From Bacilli bacterium (GTDB taxonomy: Bacteria; Bacillota_I; Bacilli_A; RFN20; CAG-826): DNA of 64,000 bases. Where the stretch lies: NCBI GenBank assembly GCA_040396875.1, contig JBBAWZ010000001.1:39384-103383 (forward strand). The letters are read 5' to 3'. The notes beneath the pieces were generated by a model that saw nothing but the letters and a program-made list of their open reading frames with translations, made no database searches and was not told where the DNA came from. The translations under genes and the position numbers were made by a program. Shown piece after piece: positions 30,140-40,573 of this stretch (position 1 is the first letter of the stretch; each line of letters begins with the position of its first letter).

Positions 30140-31441
30140 ATGAACATTCTGAACATCATCGATCAAAAAGTTAAGCATCAATCTTTATCAAAAGAAATGA
30201 TTGTGTATTTTGTTCATGGATATGCAAAAGGAACCATTCCTGATTATCAAATTGCTTCATTACTCATGGCAATTAAACTTAACGGCATGAATGACCAAGA
30301 AACTGCTTGGTTAACAGAAGCAATGGTTTCCAGTGGCGAGACGGTCGATTTATCTGGTATTAAAGGTACCACCGTTGATAAACATTCTACCGGTGGTGTT
30401 GGTGATAAAACTTCCCTTGTTGTTGGTCCTATAGTTGCTGCTTTAGGATTAAAACTTGCCAAAATGTCTGGTCGGGGTCTTGGTCATACAGGTGGAACGA
30501 TTGATAAACTTGAATCGATTCCAGGTTTTACGACCAATCTATCGTCAACACGTTTTAAAAAGCAAGTTAACGAAGTCGGGATGGCGATTATTGGTCAAAC
30601 GCTAGAATTAGTCCCAGCGGATAAAAAACTTTATGCGCTACGGGATGTAACGGGAACAGTTGAATCGATCCCTCTTATTTCAAGTTCAATAATGAGTAAA
30701 AAAATAGCATCGGGTGCTAAGGCCATCTTATTGGATGTCAAATTCGGATCTGGGGCATTCATGAAAACATTAGAATCCGCAAAAATCTTAGCGAAAGCGA
30801 TGGTTAGAATAGGTCAATCTCTTGGACGTGATACCAGAGCGATGCTAACCGATATGGATCAACCACTCGGCTTTGCAATTGGTAACCGTAATGAAGTTTT
30901 GGAAGCTGCTGATACGCTTCAATTAAAAGGCCCAAGTGATTTATTGGAACTTTGTATCCAAGCATCATCGATGCTCTTCATCCAAGCTAAAAGGGCTGAT
31001 TCAATCAAAGAAGCTAGAACGAAAGTGATGGAAGTGTTAACGTCTGGAAAAGCTTACAGTAAATTCATAGAATTTATTCATGCGCAAGGTGGAAAGTTCG
31101 AAGATTTAAACAATGTTGAATTATTAAAGACTAAACACGTGGTTTCAATCAAGGCATCAAAAGCAGGCTATCTTAGTAAAATTGATGCACTTGCTTTAGG
31201 ACAAGCCGCTTCGTTGTTAGGTGCAGGTCGCCTGACCAAAGAGGATTCCATTGATCCAAATGCTGGGATTATGTTGCATCATAAAATTGGTGATAAGGTT
31301 TCCATTGGTTCACATTTAGCAACCTTAAAAACTAATCTAACGCTCAATCAAGATACACTTGATATGGTAACGAATGCATTCACCGTGAGTGCAAAGGCAT
31401 CCAAGCCACAATCCATTGTTCATGCTTGGATTGAATCATGA
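30140..31441 (+). CDS. pdp: pyrimidine-nucleoside (thymidine) phosphorylase
   Basis: Full-length thymidine phosphorylase family (DKHSTGGVGDKTSL). Confidence 0.85.
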   Translation: MNILNIIDQKVKHQSLSKEMIVYFVHGYAKGTIPDYQIASLLMAIKLNGMNDQETAWLTEAMVSSGETVDLSGIKGTTVDKHSTGGVGDKTSLVVGPIVAALGLKLAKMSGRGLGHTGGTIDKLESIPGFTTNLSSTRFKKQVNEVGMAIIGQTLELVPADKKLYALRDVTGTVESIPLISSSIMSKKIASGAKAILLDVKFGSGAFMKTLESAKILAKAMVRIGQSLGRDTRAMLTDMDQPLGFAIGNRNEVLEAADTLQLKGPSDLLELCIQASSMLFIQAKRADSIKEARTKVMEVLTSGKAYSKFIEFIHAQGGKFEDLNNVELLKTKHVVSIKASKAGYLSKIDALALGQAASLLGAGRLTKEDSIDPNAGIMLHHKIGDKVSIGSHLATLKTNLTLNQDTLDMVTNAFTVSAKASKPQSIVHAWIES

Positions 31442-31884
31442 AAATTGTAGTTCAAATCGTTTCTTCAGCATCCTTAAGTATTCAACAAACATTCAGTACT
31501 GCCATTCAAAAAGGGATGGTTATTTTTGTTGGTTTTACACATCATGATCGACCTGAAATCGTTCATCGAATGATTGATAAATTACTTCAATTAAGAATTT
31601 TTCCGGATTTGAATGGGAAAACAAACCTGACGATTCATGATATTCATGGTGAAATTCTTTGCATTCCGAACTTTACGCTTTATGCGGATGTCAGTTCAAG
31701 TCGAAGGCCTTCATTTACCTTGGCTGCTAAATCCCAAGAAGCCAATCAACTGTTTATGATTACCAAACAATTATTATTGGCTTCCTATCCCCATGTTAAG
31801 TTTGGTGAATTTGGAACCGATATGAGCGTTGTAGTTCACAATCAAGGACCCTTTACTTTAATATTAGATAGCGATGAACAATAA
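31438..31884 (+). CDS. dtd: D-aminoacyl-tRNA deacylase
   Basis: DTD family (NFTLYAD, SGPFT). Confidence 0.85.
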   Translation: MKIVVQIVSSASLSIQQTFSTAIQKGMVIFVGFTHHDRPEIVHRMIDKLLQLRIFPDLNGKTNLTIHDIHGEILCIPNFTLYADVSSSRRPSFTLAAKSQEANQLFMITKQLLLASYPHVKFGEFGTDMSVVVHNQGPFTLILDSDEQ

Positions 31885-33019
31885 TAAAATTAGAGTGATG
31901 ATTGGATTGAGTGGCGGTGTCGATTCCGCTGTTTCAGCCTATCTATTAAAACAACAAGGGTATGACGTCATTGCCGGCTTTATGAGAAATTGGGATGCTT
32001 TAGCAAATTCAGACCAATTAGGAAATCCAACTTTGAATCAAGATTTATGCCCTCAAGAAGTTGATTTTGCGGATGCTCAACTCGTAGCCGATAAATTAGG
32101 AATACCTTTATATCGCATTGATTTTGTTAAAGAATATTGGGATCATGTTTTCTCTTTCTTCCTAAAAGAATACGAACGTGGCCGAACACCCAATCCAGAC
32201 ATTCTATGCAACAAATACATCAAGTTTGATGCCTTTTATCAATTTGCAAAAAGTCATGGAGCTTCCTATATTGCGATGGGGCATTATGCGAAAAGAATCA
32301 ATCATCCAGATGGCTTAGCTGGTATGCATTTATCGGTGGATGATAATAAAGATCAAACCTATTTCTTATCACAAATATCTCAATCTCAATTAGCCCATAC
32401 TTTCTTTCCATTAGCAGATATACCGAAAGAAGAAGTAAGACGAATCGCAAAGTCTCTTAATTTAGCAGTGGCCGAGAAAAAGGATTCTACTGGCGTTTGC
32501 TTTATTGGAGAAAGAAATTTTAGAGAGTTTTTAAAGAATTATATTCCTGCTCAACCAGGGATCATGATTGATATGGAGACGAAGCAACCCGTTGGGCACC
32601 ATGAAGGTGTTTATTATTACACAATAGGCCAACGAAAAGGTTTAGGCATAGGTGGATCAAAATCATTAGGAAGTGATAAATGGTTTGTCGTTAAAAAGGA
32701 TGTTAAAAACAACTTGCTTTATGTGGCCCAAGGCGAAGATAACAATTTTCTTTTGTCCGATGAAATAACAGTAGGTTCCTTAAATTGGATTCGAACGATA
32801 CCGAAGATTGGCCAAACGTATATGGCACGTTTTCGTCATCGCCAAACCTTATTACCTGTGACCATTAAATCGCTAACAAATCAAACGCTGACCCTTACCT
32901 TTCCCAATGGTTACAAGGCTATTACACCAGGTCAGGGTGCTGTTCTTTATCATAATGGTGAGTGCTTAGGTGGGGGTCTTATCGATCAAATTTATTACCA
33001 AGGTCAGCAACGACTTTAG
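31874..33019 (+). CDS. mnmA: tRNA-specific 2-thiouridylase
   Basis: PP-loop SGGVDSAV plus the MnmA catalytic Cys regions. Confidence 0.9.
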   Translation: MNNNKIRVMIGLSGGVDSAVSAYLLKQQGYDVIAGFMRNWDALANSDQLGNPTLNQDLCPQEVDFADAQLVADKLGIPLYRIDFVKEYWDHVFSFFLKEYERGRTPNPDILCNKYIKFDAFYQFAKSHGASYIAMGHYAKRINHPDGLAGMHLSVDDNKDQTYFLSQISQSQLAHTFFPLADIPKEEVRRIAKSLNLAVAEKKDSTGVCFIGERNFREFLKNYIPAQPGIMIDMETKQPVGHHEGVYYYTIGQRKGLGIGGSKSLGSDKWFVVKKDVKNNLLYVAQGEDNNFLLSDEITVGSLNWIRTIPKIGQTYMARFRHRQTLLPVTIKSLTNQTLTLTFPNGYKAITPGQGAVLYHNGECLGGGLIDQIYYQGQQRL

Positions 33020-33021
33020 TA

Positions 33022-33240
33022 TGCTATAATTTTTTTATTGAAACGAATCGTATAGGATGCCTTTAGCGACAACGATTAGGTGAAAGCGTTGGACATCATG
33101 TAACGAAGGCCACTTCAATACTAGCAACTAATCATTGCCGCTGACCACGTTAAGGTTATAAAGTGCATTGTGAAAAACACAATGAACAAGGATGGTACCA
33201 CGATCAATTCGTTCCTTGCGTAGGTACTTTTTTTCTTTAA
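33022..33240 (+). promoter_or_regulatory. T-box riboswitch leader of alaS
   Basis: Extended -10 TGCTATAAT at 33022-33030. Conserved T-box sequence AACAAGGATGGTACCACG at 33185-33202. Terminator GTACCACG...CGTAGGTAC plus T8 at 33194-33237. A candidate Ala specifier GCU near 33139 is unverified. Confidence 0.7.
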
Positions 33241-33251
33241 AAGGAGACAAC

Positions 33252-35849
33252 ATGAAAGTATTAACAGGTTCTCAAGTCCGGCAAATGTGGTTGACTTTTT
33301 TTGCTGAAAAAGGACATCAAATTATCGAAGGTAAGAGTTTGGTACCTTTTCAAGATCCAACGCTCCTTTGGATTAATTCAGGTGTTGCTGCCCTCAAAAA
33401 ATATTTTGATGGAACCGAAATACCTCAAAATAAGCGTTTAACAAACGCGCAGAAAAGCTTACGAACAAACGACATAGAACAAGTTGGATATACAGCACGA
33501 CATCATACCTTCTTTGAAATGTTAGGTAATTTCTCGATTGGTGATTATTTCCGGAAAGAAGCGATCACCTGGGCTTTTGAATTGTTAACAAGTCCAAAAT
33601 GGTTTGGATTTGAAATTGAAAAGCTATATATGACGTATTCACCACTCGATCTTGAAACACCAAAAATCTGGCAAAGTTTAGGTGTACCAGCCGATCATCT
33701 CTTCGCCATTGAAGGAAATTTCTGGGAGATTGGTGAAGGCCCATGTGGTCCTAATACAGAAATCTTTTATGATCGCGGAACAAAATACGATCCTAAAGGT
33801 CTTGGTGTTCGTTTACTAAAAGAGGAAATTTCTAACGACCGATACATCGAAATTTGGAATATTGTATTTTCTCAATTTAACGCCATTACTGGTGTTTCAC
33901 GAGATAAATATAAGGAATTACCTTCTAAAAATATCGATACTGGGGCTGGACTTGAACGCTTGGCGAGTATTTTCCAAAGCACACCAACAAATTTTGAAAC
34001 AGATTTGTTTTTCCCCATTATTCAAGGCATTGAAAAATTAGCATCCATCAGTTATCAAAAAAGTGAATACAGACCGTACCGGGTGATTGCAGATCATATT
34101 CGAACCCTTACATTTGCTCTTTCAGACGGAGCGATTTTTTCTAATGAAGGTAGAGGTTATGTTCTGAGAAGAATCCTTCGCCGTGCTCTTCGTTATGGGA
34201 AAAAAATTGGTATTCAAAAACCATTCTTAACATCTTTAATTCCCATTGTCTTATCGATCATGTTAAAGGACTATCCTTATTTACAACAGCATCAAACCAC
34301 TGTTAGCAAGATGATTCTTCAAGAAGAAGAAAAGTTTTTAACAACTCTACAACATGGTGAATCCTTACTCAAACAGTATCTTGACCAAAAACAACCGATT
34401 ACAGGTGAGATTGCATTTAAGCTTTATGATACATTTGGTTTTCCAGTTGAATTAACAAAAGAAATTGCAGAAGAACACCAATTATCAGTTGATATGGTTG
34501 GCTTTGAAAATCTAATGGAAAATCAAAGAGAACGCGCAAGACAAGCAAGGCAGACGGTTGGCTCCATGGCAAAACAATCTGCAGACCTTTTATCGTTTAA
34601 GCAAGAAAGTAAATTCATCGATGATGGAAAAATCATCCAAGCAAAGGTCATCGGAATTTTTAAAGATGGTATTCAAAAATCTTCATTAGAAGATGAAGGT
34701 GAAGTCATCTTACAACAAACGAACTTCTATGCTGAAAGTGGCGGACAATCTTCAGACCTAGGTTTGATGTCGAATGGCAACACTCAATTAGAAGTGGTTG
34801 ATGTTCAAAAAGCGCCTCATAAACAACATCTTCATAAAGTATTGGTGCGTTTTGGTGTGATAAAAGTTGGTGACTCACTTACCCTAGAAATTAATCGGCA
34901 CCGTCGACAAGTCATTCGTCAACACCACTCTTCTTTACACTTATTACAAGCGGCACTAAAAAAACATCTTGGTTCGCATATCGTACAGCAAGGGTCATTT
35001 GTTGGTGATCAATATGCTCGATTTGATTTCAGCCACCCTAATAAAATTTCTGAACAAGAACTTTCCATGATTGAACAAGATGTTAATGACCAAATCGCTG
35101 CAGCTTCAGATTGTGTCATTGAACTTATGCCGATTGATCAAGCAAGAAAAACTGGTGCAACTGCACCATTTGAAGAAAAATACGGTGATATTGTTCGCAT
35201 CGTCACCTTAGGAGCCCGTTCAAAAGAATTTTGTGGTGGGACACACGTCAATAACACACAAGAAATTGGCATGTTTATGATTAGTTCAGAAGAAAGTATC
35301 GCTGCTGGAACTCGCCGATTAGTTATTGTGGCAGGTGCTCCAGCTTACGCTTATTACACACAAAAAGAACGGATGATTAAGTCATTAAGAGACCAATTAA
35401 AGGCCGGTTCTGCAAAAGAAATCTTTGATCGTCTCAAAGCACTTATGTTAGAAAAAGAAAGTCTTAAGGAATCATTATCAATAGCCCAAGAATCCCTTGC
35501 AGAACAAACCTTTTTAACCTTGTCCAGACAATTAACACAAAAACCATTTATCAACGGTATTTTTTATGAACCAACCTTAACAAGGGTCCTATTAATGAGA
35601 GTCATGGATCGATTAAAAGGTAGCAATCCTGAATCAATCTTGGTGCTGATCGGGAAAGAAAATGATACGTATCCCATTGGATCTTATGTTGGAGCAAGTT
35701 TAAGAACACCGCAACGAAATGCTTCAGTGATCACCAAAACCATTGCTCAACAAATGCAAGGATCAGGTGGAGGTAAACCAGATTTAGCGTTTGGTGCCGG
35801 TAAACAACTGATTGATATTAAAAATGTAATGAAGACATGGATTCCATAA
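33252..35849 (+). CDS. alaS: alanine--tRNA ligase
   Basis: Full-length AlaRS. Start at MKVLTGSQVRQMW; the called ORF's 20-codon 5' extension lies within the T-box terminator. Confidence 0.95.
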   Translation: MKVLTGSQVRQMWLTFFAEKGHQIIEGKSLVPFQDPTLLWINSGVAALKKYFDGTEIPQNKRLTNAQKSLRTNDIEQVGYTARHHTFFEMLGNFSIGDYFRKEAITWAFELLTSPKWFGFEIEKLYMTYSPLDLETPKIWQSLGVPADHLFAIEGNFWEIGEGPCGPNTEIFYDRGTKYDPKGLGVRLLKEEISNDRYIEIWNIVFSQFNAITGVSRDKYKELPSKNIDTGAGLERLASIFQSTPTNFETDLFFPIIQGIEKLASISYQKSEYRPYRVIADHIRTLTFALSDGAIFSNEGRGYVLRRILRRALRYGKKIGIQKPFLTSLIPIVLSIMLKDYPYLQQHQTTVSKMILQEEEKFLTTLQHGESLLKQYLDQKQPITGEIAFKLYDTFGFPVELTKEIAEEHQLSVDMVGFENLMENQRERARQARQTVGSMAKQSADLLSFKQESKFIDDGKIIQAKVIGIFKDGIQKSSLEDEGEVILQQTNFYAESGGQSSDLGLMSNGNTQLEVVDVQKAPHKQHLHKVLVRFGVIKVGDSLTLEINRHRRQVIRQHHSSLHLLQAALKKHLGSHIVQQGSFVGDQYARFDFSHPNKISEQELSMIEQDVNDQIAAASDCVIELMPIDQARKTGATAPFEEKYGDIVRIVTLGARSKEFCGGTHVNNTQEIGMFMISSEESIAAGTRRLVIVAGAPAYAYYTQKERMIKSLRDQLKAGSAKEIFDRLKALMLEKESLKESLSIAQESLAEQTFLTLSRQLTQKPFINGIFYEPTLTRVLLMRVMDRLKGSNPESILVLIGKENDTYPIGSYVGASLRTPQRNASVITKTIAQQMQGSGGGKPDLAFGAGKQLIDIKNVMKTWIP

Positions 35850-36274
35850 AAAAGACTCAAACAACTTTGATTGCCTTTGATCTAGGATCAAAATCTTTAG
35901 GAATTGCCGTTAAAAATAAACTCGGCATGGTTTTACCTTTACCCGCTATTTTTTTTCCTCGTGTTGATGAAAGACAATTACTTCAACATCTCCAACAATT
36001 AATAGAAGAATATAAACCAAGTGAACTTATCTTTGGCATTCCTTTTCACGCAGATGGTCGAGATAGTGACCAAACTCGATGGGTCCAAGGTGTGGTTCAC
36101 CGCCTTCAACTCTTGATTTCAGTTCCAATTCATACTGTTGATGAAAGATTTACGACCATTGAAGCGAAAGAAAGGCTACATATATTAGGCATTCCCGAAA
36201 AAAAACAAAAACAATACATTGACTCATTGTCAGCTTGTGTTATCTTAGAACAATATGAATCGAAATCTCGATAA
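35837..36274 (+). CDS. ruvX: putative pre-16S rRNA nuclease / Holliday-junction-resolvase-like YqgF
   Basis: RuvX/YqgF family (LIAFDLGSKSLGIAV). Conserved position after alaS. Confidence 0.85.
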   Translation: MDSIKKTQTTLIAFDLGSKSLGIAVKNKLGMVLPLPAIFFPRVDERQLLQHLQQLIEEYKPSELIFGIPFHADGRDSDQTRWVQGVVHRLQLLISVPIHTVDERFTTIEAKERLHILGIPEKKQKQYIDSLSACVILEQYESKSR

Positions 36275-36524
36275 TACCTTGGAAATTGTCTTGGAAAATG
36301 GAAAAACTGAGATTTTTTATATATATTTCACATTTATTTTCAAATCGCAAAATTATGTGATTTATTTTCATCCTTCTTCCGAAGATGATTTATATGTTAA
36401 ACAATATGATGATTTGACACAAGAACTCAAAGAACCAACAGAAGAAGCCTTAAACTATGCAGAAACGATGATTGCAAATTATGAAGAAGAGTCTGATGAA
36501 GATAACGAAAATGATGGAAATTAA
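36255..36524 (+). CDS. DUF1292-family protein (YrzB-like), acidic C-terminus
   Basis: Conserved alaS-yqgF-DUF1292 arrangement seen in Firmicutes. Confidence 0.6.
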   Translation: MNRNLDNTLEIVLENGKTEIFYIYFTFIFKSQNYVIYFHPSSEDDLYVKQYDDLTQELKEPTEEALNYAETMIANYEEESDEDNENDGN

Positions 36525-36574
36525 GTAATTTTATTGCTAAAATAAGCAAGCATTAAACTAAAAGGAGCATGACA

Positions 36575-37045
36575 ATGGAAAATGAAAAAGTGCAATTAAC
36601 CCGTGAAGGTTATGACAAATTAAAGGCTGAATTGAGAAATTTGATTGATGTCATTCGACCAGAAGTAATTGAACAGCTTGCCTATGCTCGTTCATTAGGC
36701 GATCTTTCCGAAAATGCAGATTACGATGCAGCAAAAGCAAGACAAGCCGATGTAGAACAACGTATTCGACAACTCGAAGATATTTTATCGAATGCATCGA
36801 TTGTAGATGATGCATCCGGAAGTACAAAAATTGTCAGCTTTGGTAGAACCGTTAAGATTCTTAATTTATCAAATAAGAAAGAATATACCTTCAAGATTGT
36901 TGGCACACATGAAACCAATCCTCGTGAAGGAACCATCAGTAACGTCTCTCCATTAGGGGAAGCCATCATGGGCGGTCGAGTCAATGACAAAGTGACCGTA
37001 AAAGCGCCAAAAAACTATCAAGTTCAAATTCTTAAAATCGAATAA
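36575..37045 (+). CDS. greA: transcription elongation factor GreA
   Basis: GreA coiled-coil plus FKBP-like domain. SD AAGGAG lies 8 nt upstream. Confidence 0.9.
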   Translation: MENEKVQLTREGYDKLKAELRNLIDVIRPEVIEQLAYARSLGDLSENADYDAAKARQADVEQRIRQLEDILSNASIVDDASGSTKIVSFGRTVKILNLSNKKEYTFKIVGTHETNPREGTISNVSPLGEAIMGGRVNDKVTVKAPKNYQVQILKIE

Positions 37046-37073
37046 TTTAGTTTAAATATCATAAATTCAATTT

Positions 37074-37104
37074 AACCTCCCTATTGATAAGTGGAGGTTT
37101 TTTT
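37074..37104 (+). terminator. greA terminator whose 3' arm is the comEA Shine-Dalgarno
   Basis: 7-bp stem AACCTCC/GGAGGTT (37074-37080 / 37093-37099), 12-nt loop, T7. The comEA ATG is at 37105. Confidence 0.65.
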
Positions 37105-37635
37105 ATGTTCAAAATTATGATTGGTGTGTTGTTCTTTACGATTGTTACCTTAGTCGTGTTTCTAAATTTGGATCCCAATATTGTTCAGAACTCGATCACT
37201 GAAACGAGTTCATTGACGAATGATTTTATGACAGTAACCTTGTCTGGTGAAATTCAAAAACCTGGAACTTACATCATACAAAAAGACAAATCTTTAGGGG
37301 ACTTGATTCAGTTAGCAGGTGGTGCAACAACTAATGCGGATGAGCATGCATATCATACAACCACGACCCTGATAGCTGGTTTTCATTACTATATTGCACC
37401 TGCGTTTGACCCCAATGATGTTTGTGGGACAACAGCACTCGTTAAAGTTGGGATAAATTCTGCTTCTGAAAACAATTTAATGACGCTTTCTAATATCGGA
37501 ACAAGTTTAGCCACCGCCATCATTGAATATCGACAAAGCCAAGGATTATTTCAATATATTGAGCAAATCATGGAAGTTCCGGGAATTGGTCAATCGACCT
37601 TTACGAGAATTAAGAATTATATTCATCTCCTTTGA
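37105..37635 (+). CDS. comEA: competence protein ComEA (membrane-anchored HhH DNA-binding)
   Basis: N-terminal TM segment and C-terminal tandem helix-hairpin-helix (MEVPGIGQSTFTRI). Confidence 0.75.
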   Translation: MFKIMIGVLFFTIVTLVVFLNLDPNIVQNSITETSSLTNDFMTVTLSGEIQKPGTYIIQKDKSLGDLIQLAGGATTNADEHAYHTTTTLIAGFHYYIAPAFDPNDVCGTTALVKVGINSASENNLMTLSNIGTSLATAIIEYRQSQGLFQYIEQIMEVPGIGQSTFTRIKNYIHLL

Positions 37636-39608
37636 AATATTGGATATTTGTTTTAGAAATTTTTTGTTTTCATTTCGCCATTATTGAACAAAATGTTCTT
37701 TGGTGGATTTGTTTTGTTTTGATTTTCATTTTTTTGACTTTCAAACAACCCGTCATGATCAAATGGTTAGTGACTTATATCTCAACTTACTTATTGTTAT
37801 CTTGGGGAATCAAAATACTGTTTCAATCAAATCAAAGTTATTATCTTGTGATTGATCATCGTGATAACTGGGCCATTATTCATAATGGCCTTCAAGCTTT
37901 CTATATGGAAGTTAACCCTTCCTTAGAAACCCATTGGGGAGATATCTTACTGATTCAAGGTCATATTGGACCGATTAGGATGACAACCTATGAGGGATTA
38001 TTTAGTTTTCCGCTTTATCTTGAACAACGAGGTGTTGAAAAAATGATCAACATCGATCATATCCAGATTTGGTTACGTTTTCCGTTTCGCATTGATGCAT
38101 ATATTGAAACTCAACTTCTTCAATTAGAACCAAAGATAGGCTCATTTGTAGCACAACTACTCTGGAAACGATCATTGGAAGATTATCAATTTCAAGGAAA
38201 TCTAATCAACATGATTCAATATTCAGGTTTGGGTTTTTATTTAACAAACCAATGGATGGATGTCATCTTGAAACTAAAACTATCTGAAAAGCAGAGTCGT
38301 TTAATAAGACTACTCTTTTTCTTTCCATATCTAATGATGAATTTAAGACAATTCGGAATGTTAAGAGTGTATGGCATTGAAATTTTAAAGTTACACTCAC
38401 CAAAACAAAACCCACATCTATCAAAAGTAATGGTCCTATCAATTCAAAGTTGGGTTAATCCATATATGTGGGTTCAGCAAGGAACCTTTCTTTATTTGTT
38501 TTATCAATGCTGGATGAACTTTTTTATGGGGTTATTTCCGCGTTTACAATCATGGAAGCGTTGGATAGGTTTTCTATTGATTGGTATGGCATATGGATGG
38601 TTTCAAGATGGAATTATTCTTAACCCAACGTCGCTTGTGTTTTTACCCTTATCATGGGCTCATAGTATTCTATTTCCTTTTTGGGTGATTTATCTTTATT
38701 CAGGATTATTAATACCAGGTTTAATCCAACTCACCAACCAATGGATCAACATTTTAGCTTTATTGAGTCAAGTGAATGGATTGCTATATGGTGGTGATGT
38801 GCCGTTATGGATGCAACTCATGATTACCATAACTTCTATCTTCATCGGCCTATCGATTTATCTTCATTTAAAAGTCTATCAATCAACTTTCATCATGTTA
38901 TTAATGGTATTGATACTTTTGCAAATGAGTGGGTGGGAAAACCATATCAGTTCTTCAGTTTATTTTGTGAATGTGGGTCAAGGTGACGCGACGTTGATTC
39001 AATCCTTTGGTAAAACGATGTTAATTGATACAGGTGGTGTGAAAAGTTTTGATATGGCTCAGGATGTCCTGATTCCTTTTTTTAAAAAATTAAAGCTTCG
39101 TTCATTAGATTACTTGGTGATTACCCATCCAGATTTTGATCATGATGGGGCAATGCCATCGCTATTAGATTCTTACCATGTAAAGAAAGTGGTTAAAGAT
39201 CCATTTGACTCAATCCAATTAGGAGAATTGACGATTCAAAATTATCAGCATTTTCACCCAGTACTTGAAGAAGATAATGAACGATCATTAGTCTTAGGTA
39301 TTCAGTCCTTAGATTGTCAGTGGTTAATCATGGGTGATGCAACAGAAAAAACCGAAGCATTGATTCAAATGTTTTATCCTCATTTAACAGCGAACATATT
39401 AAGAATTGGTCATCATGGATCAAATTCCTCCACTTCGATTGAATTTTTGAATCAAATCAACCCAAAAGAGGTCGTGATTTCCGTCGGTGGAGGCAATCGA
39501 TATGGCCACCCTCATCCGGATGTCCTTGAACGCATCGATACGTTAAACATTCCTATCAGGCGTACCGATATCGAAGGGACAATTCGCTATCAAACGTGTA
39601 AAATATAA
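37632..39608 (+). CDS. comEC: DNA internalization competence protein ComEC/Rec2
   Basis: Polytopic competence domain plus C-terminal metallo-beta-lactamase domain (ITHPDFDHDGA). Confidence 0.85.
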   Translation: MKYWIFVLEIFCFHFAIIEQNVLWWICFVLIFIFLTFKQPVMIKWLVTYISTYLLLSWGIKILFQSNQSYYLVIDHRDNWAIIHNGLQAFYMEVNPSLETHWGDILLIQGHIGPIRMTTYEGLFSFPLYLEQRGVEKMINIDHIQIWLRFPFRIDAYIETQLLQLEPKIGSFVAQLLWKRSLEDYQFQGNLINMIQYSGLGFYLTNQWMDVILKLKLSEKQSRLIRLLFFFPYLMMNLRQFGMLRVYGIEILKLHSPKQNPHLSKVMVLSIQSWVNPYMWVQQGTFLYLFYQCWMNFFMGLFPRLQSWKRWIGFLLIGMAYGWFQDGIILNPTSLVFLPLSWAHSILFPFWVIYLYSGLLIPGLIQLTNQWINILALLSQVNGLLYGGDVPLWMQLMITITSIFIGLSIYLHLKVYQSTFIMLLMVLILLQMSGWENHISSSVYFVNVGQGDATLIQSFGKTMLIDTGGVKSFDMAQDVLIPFFKKLKLRSLDYLVITHPDFDHDGAMPSLLDSYHVKKVVKDPFDSIQLGELTIQNYQHFHPVLEEDNERSLVLGIQSLDCQWLIMGDATEKTEALIQMFYPHLTANILRIGHHGSNSSTSIEFLNQINPKEVVISVGGGNRYGHPHPDVLERIDTLNIPIRRTDIEGTIRYQTCKI

Positions 39609-39610
39609 TT

Positions 39611-40573
39611 ATGATTTTATTGATTAGTTCACCATCATTTCAACTAATGATACAAAAGCTTCAAGAATATTTGCATAAAGTTCCGCCATCAACTGTCATT
39701 GAGAAAGTCGATGGGTCCTCGGTTCCCATTTCATCATGGTTGCCAGAAGTTCTCCAACCCAGTTTATGGTCTGAAGAAAAAATAACCATTATTTCTCAAG
39801 GGTCATTTTTTGGTAAAAGTACGGGTAAACAAACGTTGCAAAAAAAAGAAGATGAAGAGATGTTAGAGCATTTGCTAAAGCAAAAGGATGCTCATGTTCA
39901 ACTCATCTTTTTATATCAAGGTGACATCGATGAACGATTAACCTTATCAAAATTGATCATCAAATCACATCAATGGCAACATCTTGAAATTCCCTCTAAA
40001 GATCAAGCTTTCATCCTTGCGCAAAATTGGATAAAAGCACTTGGTGCGACGATTGCTTCTAAAGCTTTAATCAAGTTAATGGATTCGACATATCCAGACA
40101 TCGATAGGCTCTACCAAGAGATGCAAAAATTGATCGTCTATGGTTCGACGATTGAGGAAAAAACGATTGATCAATTAGTCAAACCTAATCTTGAGGATAA
40201 TGTGTTTGAATTAACGAATCAAATCATGGCAGAAAATCTTAAACAGGCATTAAAAATTTATCAAGATTTCATGGTGCTACAAATTGAACCAACGGTTTTG
40301 ATCAGTATGCTTGCGAAGCACTTTCAACTTTATGCTAAAGTTTGTTATTTACTTGATCAAGGTTTAGATACTTTTAAAATTAGTCAATCTTTAAAAATCC
40401 ATGAGTTTAGAATTCGATTAATGTCTCAGGCAAAAAAACGTTTCCCCTTAAAACGAATCCATCAAATTTTACTAAGTCTCGATCAACTTGATGAACGCAT
40501 TAAAAAAGGCCGCCAAGATAAAGTGGAGGCCCTCAGTTGGTGGTTGGTTAATTTTACCAAACCTATTTCTTAA
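39611..40573 (+). CDS. holA: DNA polymerase III delta subunit
   Basis: HolA family; conserved position after comEC. Confidence 0.7.
   Translation: MILLISSPSFQLMIQKLQEYLHKVPPSTVIEKVDGSSVPISSWLPEVLQPSLWSEEKITIISQGSFFGKSTGKQTLQKKEDEEMLEHLLKQKDAHVQLIFLYQGDIDERLTLSKLIIKSHQWQHLEIPSKDQAFILAQNWIKALGATIASKALIKLMDSTYPDIDRLYQEMQKLIVYGSTIEEKTIDQLVKPNLEDNVFELTNQIMAENLKQALKIYQDFMVLQIEPTVLISMLAKHFQLYAKVCYLLDQGLDTFKISQSLKIHEFRIRLMSQAKKRFPLKRIHQILLSLDQLDERIKKGRQDKVEALSWWLVNFTKPIS

Noticed and set aside
33192-33251. 20-codon N-terminal extension of the alaS ORF
   Set aside because: It lies inside the T-box terminator and T-tract. AlaRS homology and the SD AAGGAG point to the ATG at 33252.
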